Positions 41,125-49,904 of a stretch of 64,000 bases of DNA are shown piece after piece. Position numbers and translations under genes: made by a program. Each line of letters begins with the position of its first letter. Position 1 is the stretch's first letter. Source of the DNA: Alphaproteobacteria bacterium (GTDB lineage: Bacteria; Pseudomonadota; Alphaproteobacteria; SP197); NCBI GenBank assembly GCA_965228895.1, contig OZ245842.1:5024001-5088000 (forward strand). Reading direction: 5' to 3'. The notes beneath the pieces were generated by a model that saw only the letters and a program-made list of their open reading frames with translations, was not told the origin of the DNA and ran no database searches.

Positions 41125-42264
41125 ATGTCTGTCACCGACCTTCTGGCCGAAATCGGCCGCACCGCAGCGCTCCCCTTCGAGGCGGCGGAAACCCTTCCCT
41201 CCGGCGCCTATACCGACCCAGATTTCACCGCCCTGGAGGTCGAACGCCTGTTCCGTGGTGACTGGGTCTGTGTCGGCCGAACGGACGAAGTTCCCGAACC
41301 CGGCGACTATTTGACTCACCATATCGCCGGTACCGCCGTCGCCGTGGTGCGCCAGGCCGATGGGTCGCTCAAAGCGCTGGTCAACATCTGCCGCCATCGC
41401 ATGGCCGAGCTGTTGGTCGGCCAGGGCCATGTCGGCAAGATCGTCTGCCCCTATCATGCCTGGTCCTATGATCTCACCGGTCAGCTCCTGATGACGCCTT
41501 TCATGGGTCACGGGATCGACAAGAAAGAGATCTGCCTGCCCGTTCTGCGCTCAGACCAGTGGGAAGGCTGGATCTATGTCACCGGCGATCCGGATGTCGC
41601 GCCGATCTCCGAACGCCTCGAGAGCCTATCGCGCCGCATCGCCGACTACCGCATGGCCGACCATGTCATGGTCTATCGCGCGGCTGAGGTCTGGGACTGT
41701 AACTGGAAGTCCTTGGCCGAGAACTTCACCGAGAGTTATCACCTGTTCTCCAGCCACAAGGACACGCTGCAGCCCTTTGCCCCGACTCAAGGGGTGTGGT
41801 GCGAGCCCGGCGATGCCGGTTGGAACATCCATTGGATGGATACGTCCCGGCCGCAGACGAAAGTGTGGGATGACACGCCGGAGGCGGCGCTCAGCACCTT
41901 TCCGCTCTTCCACTGTTATCCGAGCCACGTGGTCAGCGTCTCGTTCAACCGCGGATTTTGGATGTCGCTGCAGCCCGAAGGGCCTGAGCGCGTTCGTATC
42001 TTGTGGGGCGCCACCGCGCCGGGTCAAATCGTGCCGAGCGAACCGGAGGCCCGCGCCGCCTATTGTGCCGAGGCCAAAAAGACGTTCGACGAGGTCAATC
42101 TGGAAGACCGCACCATCGTTGAAGCCATCGCACGCTCCCATCAAAGCCCCTATGCCGGGCGCGGCCGGCTGGGTGAAAAGGAGCGAACAATCTGGGAGTT
42201 CTGGCGGTTTCTTGCCGGCGCGCTTGGTGCGCCTCAGCCATCGGCCCTTTCTGCCGCGCGCTGA
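41125..42264 (+). CDS. Rieske non-heme iron oxygenase alpha subunit (choline/betaine monooxygenase-like)
   Basis: Rieske CRHR...CPYH; mononuclear Fe ligands ENFTESYHLFSSH...ED. Confidence 0.9.
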   Translation: MSVTDLLAEIGRTAALPFEAAETLPSGAYTDPDFTALEVERLFRGDWVCVGRTDEVPEPGDYLTHHIAGTAVAVVRQADGSLKALVNICRHRMAELLVGQGHVGKIVCPYHAWSYDLTGQLLMTPFMGHGIDKKEICLPVLRSDQWEGWIYVTGDPDVAPISERLESLSRRIADYRMADHVMVYRAAEVWDCNWKSLAENFTESYHLFSSHKDTLQPFAPTQGVWCEPGDAGWNIHWMDTSRPQTKVWDDTPEAALSTFPLFHCYPSHVVSVSFNRGFWMSLQPEGPERVRILWGATAPGQIVPSEPEARAAYCAEAKKTFDEVNLEDRTIVEAIARSHQSPYAGRGRLGEKERTIWEFWRFLAGALGAPQPSALSAAR

Positions 42265-42267
42265 CGC

Positions 42268-42861
42268 GTGGCCAAGAAACCGCGCGGCGGTCTAAGCGAA
42301 GAAGACCTTCGCTTGTGGTGGCACGTCACCCAGTCCGTCTCGCCGCTGCCCGGCCGTCAGGTCGATGGTGCCGAGGCCGACAAAGCGCAGCCAAGAAAGA
42401 AACCCAAAGCCGCGGATAAGGGCGAACCGCAACCGGCGCCCCAGCACGTCACGCGGCTGATTCACAAACCCCTGGTCGATCGGCCGCGGGTCAACCATCA
42501 CAGCCTTCTGGCGGGCGAACTCGACGGTGTCGACCGGCGGCTGGGTCAGCGCCTGAAACGCGGTCAGCTGCCGATCGAGGCCAGGCTCGATCTGCACGGC
42601 CGCCGCCGCGACGACGCCCATATCGCGCTCAACGCGTTCCTGGGCGACGCCCAGGCGCGCGGCATCCGCTGCGTTCTCGTCATAACCGGCAAGGGCCGGC
42701 GCACACCGTTGGACGAACCGCGCAGTGTTTTGAAGGCGATGTTGCCGCGTTGGCTCAACGAGCCGCCCAACCGCAATCGTATCCTGGCTTTTGCCCACGC
42801 CCGGCCCCAGCATGGCGGCGAGGGCGCCTATTATGTGCTGCTCAGGAAAGGCCATCGTTAA
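42268..42861 (+). CDS. Smr domain protein
   Basis: ARLDLHG, VLVITGKG, HGGEGAYYV. Confidence 0.93.
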   Translation: MAKKPRGGLSEEDLRLWWHVTQSVSPLPGRQVDGAEADKAQPRKKPKAADKGEPQPAPQHVTRLIHKPLVDRPRVNHHSLLAGELDGVDRRLGQRLKRGQLPIEARLDLHGRRRDDAHIALNAFLGDAQARGIRCVLVITGKGRRTPLDEPRSVLKAMLPRWLNEPPNRNRILAFAHARPQHGGEGAYYVLLRKGHR

Positions 42862-42884
42862 GGTCAAGATGTAGGAGATCCGCC

Positions 42885-43373
42885 ATGCCCCAGCTCGACG
42901 GTTCATGCCATTGCGGCGCGGTCCGGTTCTCGGTGCAGTCACCGACGCCCTATCCCTACATGCGCTGCTATTGCTCGATTTGCCGCAAGACAGACGGCGG
43001 CGGTGGCTACGCGATTAATCTGATGGGCCAGGCCGATACGCTTGAGGTCACCGGCGACGATGCGATCTCGGTCTATCAGGCGGTGATTGACGGCGAACAA
43101 AGCCCCGCCCGCCGGCACTTCTGCAAGAACTGCGGCACGGCGCTATGGCTTTTCGATCCTCGTTGGCCAGAGCTTGTGCATCCCTTCGCCAGCGCCGTCG
43201 ACAGCCCGCTGCCGGCAACACCGGAGACCCAGCACATCATGCTCGACGCCAAGCCCGATTGGGTCCAGGTCGCGCCGGCGGATAAGCAGAACATCCATTT
43301 CGCCGGTTATCCCGACCAATCGATCGAGGATTGGCATAAGAGCCGCGGGCTATGGCAAGACGAGACGCCATGA
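42885..43373 (+). CDS. GFA/CENP-V family Zn-binding protein
   Basis: GSCHCGAVRF, CYCSIC, RHFCKNCG. Confidence 0.92.
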   Translation: MPQLDGSCHCGAVRFSVQSPTPYPYMRCYCSICRKTDGGGGYAINLMGQADTLEVTGDDAISVYQAVIDGEQSPARRHFCKNCGTALWLFDPRWPELVHPFASAVDSPLPATPETQHIMLDAKPDWVQVAPADKQNIHFAGYPDQSIEDWHKSRGLWQDETP

Positions 43374-43403
43374 CGAGCGCCTGTCAGCAACAAGGAAACA
43401 TCC

Positions 43404-44297
43404 ATGGATAAAAGGATTGGCATCATCAGCCCGGGCGTCATGGGGGCGGCGGTCGGGCGTGTGCTCGTCGACAACGGCTGCCATGTGGTGACCTGTCTGG
43501 CCGGACGCAGCGACATCACCCGCGAACGCGCGGAGAAGGCCGGCATGGTCGGCTTGGCCGATATTGACGCAGTCGTCGCGGCGTCCGACATGATCCTGGC
43601 GATCCTGCCGCCGGCCGATGCGATCCCCTTGGCGCGTATGGTGGCGGCCGCGATGGACCTCACCCACTTCTCGCCGGTCTTTGTCGACTGCAACGCCGTA
43701 TCGCCCACGACCGCGCGCGAGGTTGGCCGCATCATGGGCGGCGCCAAGGCCCCCTTCATCGATGCCGGCATCATCGGCGGGCCGCCGTCAGGCGGCTATG
43801 CGCCCACGTTCTATTGCAGCGGGCCGGAGACGGGGCCGTTGATGGCGCTCGACGGCATGGGGATCCAGGTTAGAGACGCTGGCCCTGAGATCGGCGCGGC
43901 CTCGGGCGTCAAGATGTGCTACGCCGCCATCACCAAGGGCACGATGACCCTGCACACCGCCGCCCTGATCGCCGCCGAACGCATGGGCCTGCGCGATGTC
44001 CTGTGGCGTGAGCTCGAAGCGAGCCAGGGCAAAGTCGCCGAGAAGATGACCGAGACCGTGCCTTTCCTGCCCGCAGACTCCGCGCGCTGGGTCGGCGAGA
44101 TGGAGGAGATCGCGGCGACGTTCGGCGACGCCGGCCTGCCGCCGGGCTTCCATGAGGCGGCGGGCGACGTGTTCCGGCTGTTGGCGCGGAGCCACTTTGC
44201 TGGCGAGACACGCGAGACCATGAACCAAGACCGCACCCTGGATGAGGCGATCCGCGCCTATGCCGAGGTTACGGGCGAGGGTCATGGCGATGGGTGA
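43404..44297 (+). CDS. NAD(P)-dependent oxidoreductase, 6PGD/3-hydroxyisobutyrate dehydrogenase-like (DUF1932)
   Basis: SPGVMGAAVG, DCNAVSP, GIIGGPP, KMCYAAITKG, RWVGEMEEIA. Confidence 0.85.
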   Translation: MDKRIGIISPGVMGAAVGRVLVDNGCHVVTCLAGRSDITRERAEKAGMVGLADIDAVVAASDMILAILPPADAIPLARMVAAAMDLTHFSPVFVDCNAVSPTTAREVGRIMGGAKAPFIDAGIIGGPPSGGYAPTFYCSGPETGPLMALDGMGIQVRDAGPEIGAASGVKMCYAAITKGTMTLHTAALIAAERMGLRDVLWRELEASQGKVAEKMTETVPFLPADSARWVGEMEEIAATFGDAGLPPGFHEAAGDVFRLLARSHFAGETRETMNQDRTLDEAIRAYAEVTGEGHGDG

Positions 44298-44349
44298 GCC
44301 TCGGGCCGTTGGGCTATGCTGCTGCGTCACATGAGGGGAAAGGACGACC

Positions 44350-44979
44350 ATGCCGTCTTATGAACTGCTCTTGGCGTTTGTCGTCGCCACTGCCGTATTC
44401 GCCTATATGCCCGGCCCGGCCATGCTCTATACGGCGGCGCAAACGATTGCGCGCGGACGGCGTGCCGGGTTGATGGCGGCGTTCGGCATTCACCTTGGCG
44501 GCTACGTCCACGTCATCGCCGCGGCGTTCGGCCTCTCGGTCGTCTTCAAGCTGGTGCCCGAGGCCTATACGGCGGTCAAGATTGCCGGCGCGCTCTACCT
44601 GGTCTGGCTCGGTATCGGCATCATCCGTCAGCGCATCGACGGCACCGCCAGACCGCAGACAGCCGCCAGATCGTCGCGCCGGGCCTTTTTCGAGAGCATC
44701 ACGGTCGAAGTGTTGAACCCGAAGGCCGCGATCTTCTTTCTCGCCTTCCTGCCCCAGTTCGTCGACCCGGCCGCGGCCTTCCCCGTCTGGGTCCAGTTCC
44801 TGATCCTGGGAACCGTCGTCAACCTCGCGTTTTCCTCGGCTGATCTGGTCTGCATCCTGCTCGCCTCGACCCTGGTCAAGCGGCTCAAGAACGGCGGCTG
44901 GGGCGAGCGGCTGGCGCGCTGGACCGGCGGTGCGTTGTTGATCGGGCTTGGCGCGCGCCTCGCCTTCGACAGGAACTGA
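44350..44979 (+). CDS. LysE/RhtB family exporter
   Basis: PGPAM, GALYLVWLG, LNPKAAIFFLAFLPQF. Confidence 0.93.
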   Translation: MPSYELLLAFVVATAVFAYMPGPAMLYTAAQTIARGRRAGLMAAFGIHLGGYVHVIAAAFGLSVVFKLVPEAYTAVKIAGALYLVWLGIGIIRQRIDGTARPQTAARSSRRAFFESITVEVLNPKAAIFFLAFLPQFVDPAAAFPVWVQFLILGTVVNLAFSSADLVCILLASTLVKRLKNGGWGERLARWTGGALLIGLGARLAFDRN

Positions 44980-44983
44980 CGTC

Positions 44984-46378
44984 GTGACCAGCCTCGATCC
45001 CCGCCATCTGGCCGACCTCGAAGCGATCGTCGGGTCGCGTGGCCTGCGCCACGGTAACGTGACGGAGACGCTGGAGCCCGGCATCCATCCGGCCAACCTG
45101 GACGCCGATGTCGTGGTGTTGCCGGCGTCGACCAGCGAGGTCGCCGCCATCGTGGGCTATTGCGCCCAGCACGGCATCGCCATCGTGCCCCATGGCGGGC
45201 GCACCGGACTGGCCGGCGGCGCTGTCTCTGTGCCCGGTCAGGTCGTCGTCCAGACAACCCGCATGAACGGCATCGTCGATATCGATCACCACGCGGGGAC
45301 GGCGGTCGTCGAGGCCGGCGCGACGCTGGGCGCCATCGACGCGGCGGTGGCCGAGCACGGGCTGTCTGTCGGCATCGATCTGGCCGCGCGCGACAGTGCG
45401 ACCATCGGCGGCATGGTCTCGACCAATGCCGGCGGTATCGAGGCGTTCCGCCATGGCGTCACCCGCCAACGGGTGCTGGGCCTGGAAGTCGTGCTGCCGG
45501 ACGGGCGCGTGCTGGATGACCTGAAGCTCGTCTCCAAAGCCAACGAAGGTTACGACATCAAGCAGCTCGTCATCGGCGGCGAAGGCACGTTGGGCATCGT
45601 CACCAAGGTGGCGCTTGCCCTGGTGCCCAGACCGGGCGCCAAGGCGACCGCGCTGGTCAGCGTCGACAGCGCCGATGGTGCTGTGCGCCTGTTCCGCCGT
45701 TTTCGCCATCATCCGGGCGGTACCTTGCTGGCGTCGGAACTCATGTGGCCCGGCTACGCCCGCGCCGTCGCCGACGCCAACGACCTTTCCGCCCTGCTGT
45801 CGTTCGAGAACGACCCCGGTGCGCTCTTCGACGTCATCGACGTGGCCGACGACGCGGCCGGTTCCGGCCAGGCGTTCCTGGAGGAGGTGCTCGCCGACGC
45901 CGCCGAGGCCGAGGAGATCCGCGACGCCCTGATCGCCAAGAACGACCAGGAGCGCGACAGGATCTGGCTCATCCGCGAGGACTCCTGGGCGATCGACCGC
46001 GCCAAGCCCGATGGCTTCTGGTACGACGTTTCCGTGCCCCAGGGCGCGCTCGACCGATATGCCGCCGATGTCTTCGCCCGCATCGCCGCGCTCGATGCCG
46101 GCTTCGAGGTCTTCCTGATGGGCCATCTTGGCGACGGCAACATGCATCTCACGATCACCGCCGGCAAACCGCTGCCGGACCATTACGACGCCGTCTGCGA
46201 CGCGGTCTATGAGGGGCTCGTCGACATCGGCGGCTCGTTCTCCGCCGAACACGGTATCGGGCTGGAAAAACGCGCCGCGCTCGTCGACCACGGCTCGGCC
46301 GTCAAGCTCGACATGATGCGCGCGGTCAAGGCTGCGCTCGACCCACAGAACATCATGAACCCCGGCAAAATTATTTAG
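44984..46378 (+). CDS. FAD-linked D-2-hydroxyacid dehydrogenase-type oxidoreductase (FAD_binding_4/FAD-oxidase_C)
   Basis: PHGGRTGLAGGA, GGEGTLGIVT, GHLGDGNMH, AEHGIG, MNPGK. Confidence 0.9.
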   Translation: MTSLDPRHLADLEAIVGSRGLRHGNVTETLEPGIHPANLDADVVVLPASTSEVAAIVGYCAQHGIAIVPHGGRTGLAGGAVSVPGQVVVQTTRMNGIVDIDHHAGTAVVEAGATLGAIDAAVAEHGLSVGIDLAARDSATIGGMVSTNAGGIEAFRHGVTRQRVLGLEVVLPDGRVLDDLKLVSKANEGYDIKQLVIGGEGTLGIVTKVALALVPRPGAKATALVSVDSADGAVRLFRRFRHHPGGTLLASELMWPGYARAVADANDLSALLSFENDPGALFDVIDVADDAAGSGQAFLEEVLADAAEAEEIRDALIAKNDQERDRIWLIREDSWAIDRAKPDGFWYDVSVPQGALDRYAADVFARIAALDAGFEVFLMGHLGDGNMHLTITAGKPLPDHYDAVCDAVYEGLVDIGGSFSAEHGIGLEKRAALVDHGSAVKLDMMRAVKAALDPQNIMNPGKII

Positions 46379-46430
46379 AACACCCGTTGTGTTAAATACG
46401 GTCACCGCTTTGGATTAGAGGGAAAATGCC

Positions 46431-46892
46431 ATGAAGACAGGCTTTCAACCGCCCGGTGTCTGGCCGTCCTTCGGGTGCAATTCCATGGGGCTGGTCACCG
46501 GAGAAGGCCGGCAGGTGCTGCTCAGCGGACAGGTCGCGTGGGATGAAAAGCGGCACGTGGTCGGCGTCGGCGATATGCGCGCGCAGACCGAACAGACCTT
46601 CCGCAACATCCAGGCCTCGCTCGCCGCGGTCGGCGGCGAGATGGATGACGTGGTCTCGATCGTCACCTATGTGACGACGCCGGCGGGCCTCTCCGACATT
46701 CACGATGTCCGCACCAAGTTTTTCTCGGCGCCCTATCCGGTCAGCACGCTGGTGCAGGTCGCCGCCCTGGTCGACCCGGACCTGTTGATCGAGATTACGG
46801 CGACGGCCGTCGTGCCGCTGGACCGCTACCGTGAACCCGAAGCGGTGGATCCCGCGACCTTTGACGTCAGCGAGGGCGGCTTTAACCTGTGA
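46431..46892 (+). CDS. RidA/YjgF family protein
   Basis: LSGQVAWD, VRTKFF..PYPVSTLVQVAALVDP.LLIEI. Confidence 0.9.
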   Translation: MKTGFQPPGVWPSFGCNSMGLVTGEGRQVLLSGQVAWDEKRHVVGVGDMRAQTEQTFRNIQASLAAVGGEMDDVVSIVTYVTTPAGLSDIHDVRTKFFSAPYPVSTLVQVAALVDPDLLIEITATAVVPLDRYREPEAVDPATFDVSEGGFNL

Positions 46893-46901
46893 CGCCGAGG
46901 C

Positions 46902-48212
46902 CTAAAGAATAAACTTCGACAGATCCGCGTTCTTGGCGAGTTCGCCGACGCGTTCGTGGACAAAGGCGGCGTTGATGTCGACGGTTTCGCCGGCGCGATC
47001 GGGTGCGGTGAAACTGATTTCGTCGAGCAGTTTTTCCATCACCGTGTGCAGGCGGCGCGCGCCGATGTTCTCGATACTCTCGTTGATCTGGGTCGCCAGA
47101 TCGGCGAGCGCGTCAATAGCGTCTTCGGCAAAGGTCAGCGTCAGCTCTTCGGTGCCCATCAGCGCCGTGTACTGGATGATCAGGCTGTTTTCCGGTTCGG
47201 TCAGGATGCGGCGGAAGTCGTCGCGCGTCAGTGCCTTCAACTCGACCCGGTTGGGCAGCCGGCCCTGCAGTTCCGGCAGCAGGTCCGACGGCTTGGAAAG
47301 ATGGAACGCGCCCGAGCAGATGAAGAGCACGTGGTCGGTCTTGACCGAGCCGTGTTTGGTCGCAACCGTCGTGCCTTCAATCAGAGGCAACAGGTCGCGT
47401 TGCACGCCCTCGCGGCTGACGTCGGCGCCCTGGCGTTCGCTCCTGGCGGCGATCTTGTCGATCTCGTCGATGAAGACAATGCCGTCTTGTTCGACCGTCT
47501 CGATGGCTTCCTTCACAACCTGCTCTTCGTCGAGCAGTTTGTCGGCCTCCTCGGCCAGCAGCAGCTCGTAGCTGTCGCCGACCTTGAGCTTCCTGGGTTT
47601 GGTCTGGCCGCCGAAGGCTTTGCCGAACACGTCGTTCAGGTTCAGCATGCCCATCTGCGCGCCCGGCATGCCGGGAATGTCGAAGGTCGGCAGGGCGCCC
47701 GAACCGGTGTCGCGCACCGTGAGTTCGATTTCCTTATCGTCGAGCTGGCCCTGACGCAGCATGACGCGGAACTTCTGGCGCGTGTCGGCGCTGGCGTTCT
47801 CGCCGACCAGGGCGTCGAGCACGCGCTCCTCGGCGTTGATCTCGGCCTTGGCCGTCACCTCCTTGCGCATGGTCTCGCGGGTCATGGTGATGGCGATCTC
47901 GACCAAGTCGCGCACGATCTGCTCGACATCGCGCCCGACATAACCGACCTCGGTGAACTTGGTCGCTTCGACCTTGAGGAACGGCGCGTTGGCGAGCTTG
48001 GCCAGGCGGCGCGCGATCTCGGTCTTGCCGACGCCGGTCGGGCCGATCATCAGGATGTTCTTGGGCAGCACTTCCTCGCGCAGGTCGTCCGGCAGCTGCT
48101 GGCGGCGCCAGCGGTTTCGAAGCGCCACGGCGACGGCGCGCTTGGCGTCGTTCTGGCCGACGATGAAACGGTCGAGTTCGGAAACGATCTCGCGGGGTGA
48201 AAAACTGGTCAT
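46902..48212 (-). CDS. hslU: ATP-dependent protease ATPase subunit HslU
   Basis: [30 protein letters not shown]. Confidence 0.99.
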   Translation of the reverse strand: MTSFSPREIVSELDRFIVGQNDAKRAVAVALRNRWRRQQLPDDLREEVLPKNILMIGPTGVGKTEIARRLAKLANAPFLKVEATKFTEVGYVGRDVEQIVRDLVEIAITMTRETMRKEVTAKAEINAEERVLDALVGENASADTRQKFRVMLRQGQLDDKEIELTVRDTGSGALPTFDIPGMPGAQMGMLNLNDVFGKAFGGQTKPRKLKVGDSYELLLAEEADKLLDEEQVVKEAIETVEQDGIVFIDEIDKIAARSERQGADVSREGVQRDLLPLIEGTTVATKHGSVKTDHVLFICSGAFHLSKPSDLLPELQGRLPNRVELKALTRDDFRRILTEPENSLIIQYTALMGTEELTLTFAEDAIDALADLATQINESIENIGARRLHTVMEKLLDEISFTAPDRAGETVDINAAFVHERVGELAKNADLSKFIL

Positions 48213-48242
48213 ATGCTCTGGTGGTCCGTCGGTTTCGTTTTG

Positions 48243-48800
48243 TTAGGCAGCGTCAAGAGTCTCAACGACAACCTGGTCATTGGTGTAAACGCAAATCTCC
48301 GCGGCGACGGCAAGCGACTTCCTGGCGATCGTCTCGGCATCCATGCCGTCGACGTCCATCAGCGCGCGGGCCGCAGCGAGCGCATAGTTGCCGCCGGAGC
48401 CGATGCCGATCAAGCCGTCTTCGGGTTCCAGCACGTCGCCGGTGCCGGTGATCAGAAGCGAAACGTGGCTGTCGACCACGGCCATCAGCGCTTCGAGCCG
48501 GCGCAGGTAGCGGTCGGTGCGCCAGTCCTTGGCGAGCTCGACGCAGGCGCGCTGCAACTGGCCGGGATGGCGCTCCAGCTTCTGTTCCAGGCGCTCGAAA
48601 AGCGTGAAGGCGTCCGCTGTCGCGCCGGCGAAACCGGCGACGATGTTGCCGTCGCCGAGCCGGCGCACCTTGGTCGCGTTGCCCTTGACGATGGTCTGGC
48701 CCATGGAGACCTGGCCGTCGCCCGCGACGACAACCTTGCCGCCCTTGCGCAGCGCGAGGATCGTGGTGCCGTGCCACTGGCTGGCATCTGTGCTGCTCAT
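48243..48800 (-). CDS. hslV: ATP-dependent protease peptidase subunit HslV
   Basis: [26 protein letters not shown]. Confidence 0.98.
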   Translation of the reverse strand: MSSTDASQWHGTTILALRKGGKVVVAGDGQVSMGQTIVKGNATKVRRLGDGNIVAGFAGATADAFTLFERLEQKLERHPGQLQRACVELAKDWRTDRYLRRLEALMAVVDSHVSLLITGTGDVLEPEDGLIGIGSGGNYALAAARALMDVDGMDAETIARKSLAVAAEICVYTNDQVVVETLDAA

Positions 48801-48874
48801 CGGCGAATCTCGTTGGGTCAGGCCAGGGATCGCACGCCGGCAACCGCCGATTGGGCGGCGCGCGTACCCGTGCT

Positions 48875-48903
48875 ATGTGAGGGCCCGAAACGTGCCGGTC
48901 AAG
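48875..48903 (-). promoter_or_regulatory. Possible RpoH (sigma32) promoter of hslVU
   Basis: Minus strand CTTGA-N17-CTCACAT upstream of a known heat-shock operon. Confidence 0.45.
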
Positions 48904-48915
48904 GGCAGGGGTGCC

Positions 48916-49359
48916 ATGCGGGAATATTGGGTCATGATGCGCGACAAGGTCGATATCGATATCGAGCTGGTGCGCGACGGATTCTCGTGGGGCGCATGCC
49001 TGATCCCGCTGTTCTGGGCGCTTTACCGCAGGCTGTGGCGGGTCTTCTTTATTCTTCTGGCGGTCGTGATCGGCCTCTCTGTCTTGTGGGGGGCTCTTGG
49101 ACTGGGTGAGACCGGCCTGATGGTCGCCAATGTCGCGCAGGCCCTGGTTCTGGGCTTTCTGGGCAACGAATTGCGCCGGTGGGAGCTCGGCCAAAAGGGC
49201 TTCAACACGGTCGATATCGTGGCCGCCAGGCGCTTCGACGAGGCCGAGGAAAAGGCAATTATTCGCTTGGCCGAGCACGAGGCCGAGCACCATGACGCCC
49301 GCGTAGCGGAAAATTCATTCCCTCAGGGGTTGCACCCCCAACCAGACCAGTCCATTTAG
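48916..49359 (+). CDS. DUF2628 family membrane protein
   Basis: VRDGFSWGA...WALYRRLW...GNELRRWEL..KG. Confidence 0.85.
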   Translation: MREYWVMMRDKVDIDIELVRDGFSWGACLIPLFWALYRRLWRVFFILLAVVIGLSVLWGALGLGETGLMVANVAQALVLGFLGNELRRWELGQKGFNTVDIVAARRFDEAEEKAIIRLAEHEAEHHDARVAENSFPQGLHPQPDQSI

Positions 49360-49364
49360 GCGCC

Positions 49365-49904
49365 ATGGAAACTCGTTCCGCGCCGGCCTCTGCGTCCGTC
49401 GAGGTCAAACACGTCACCGAACTCAACCGACTCGATCTAGACGACCTGTGCGATGCCACAGACGCCGCGATCGTAGACGGTAACGGCTTCGGCTGGCTGA
49501 ACCCCCAGCCCCGCGAGCAGATCCAGCGCTACTGGAAAGGTGTGCTGCTGGTGCCCGAGCGCGAGCTTTGGGTCGGCCGGCTGGATGGCACCATCGCCGC
49601 GTCGGCGCAGCTGCAAAAGCCGCCGCGCAACAACGAGGCCCAGGCCCATTCGGCCCAGTTGACGACCCATTTCGTCGCGCCCTGGGCGCGCGGTCACGGG
49701 CTGGCCGCCATGCTGTTGCGCGCAGCCGAGGATTTCGCCCGCGAGATCGGTTTGAGCCACATGCGCCTCGACGTCCGCTCGACCCAGGCCCGCGCGATCG
49801 AGCTCTACGAATCCAACGGCTATGCCCGTTGGGGCGAGCTGCCGTCCTATGCCAAGGTTGGCACCGACTTCGTCACCGGCTTTTTCTACGTCAAGAAGCT
49901 TTAA
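49365..49904 (+). CDS. GNAT acetyltransferase, resembling the GNAT of alphaproteobacterial his operons
   Basis: YWKGVLLVPER, PPRNNEAQ, FVAPWARGHGLA, LDVRSTQ. Confidence 0.9.
   Translation: METRSAPASASVEVKHVTELNRLDLDDLCDATDAAIVDGNGFGWLNPQPREQIQRYWKGVLLVPERELWVGRLDGTIAASAQLQKPPRNNEAQAHSAQLTTHFVAPWARGHGLAAMLLRAAEDFAREIGLSHMRLDVRSTQARAIELYESNGYARWGELPSYAKVGTDFVTGFFYVKKL

Noticed and set aside
46373-46397. AT-rich imperfect inverted repeat at the end of the FAD oxidoreductase gene
   Set aside because: Weak stem, single occurrence, no terminator tail; too little to call.
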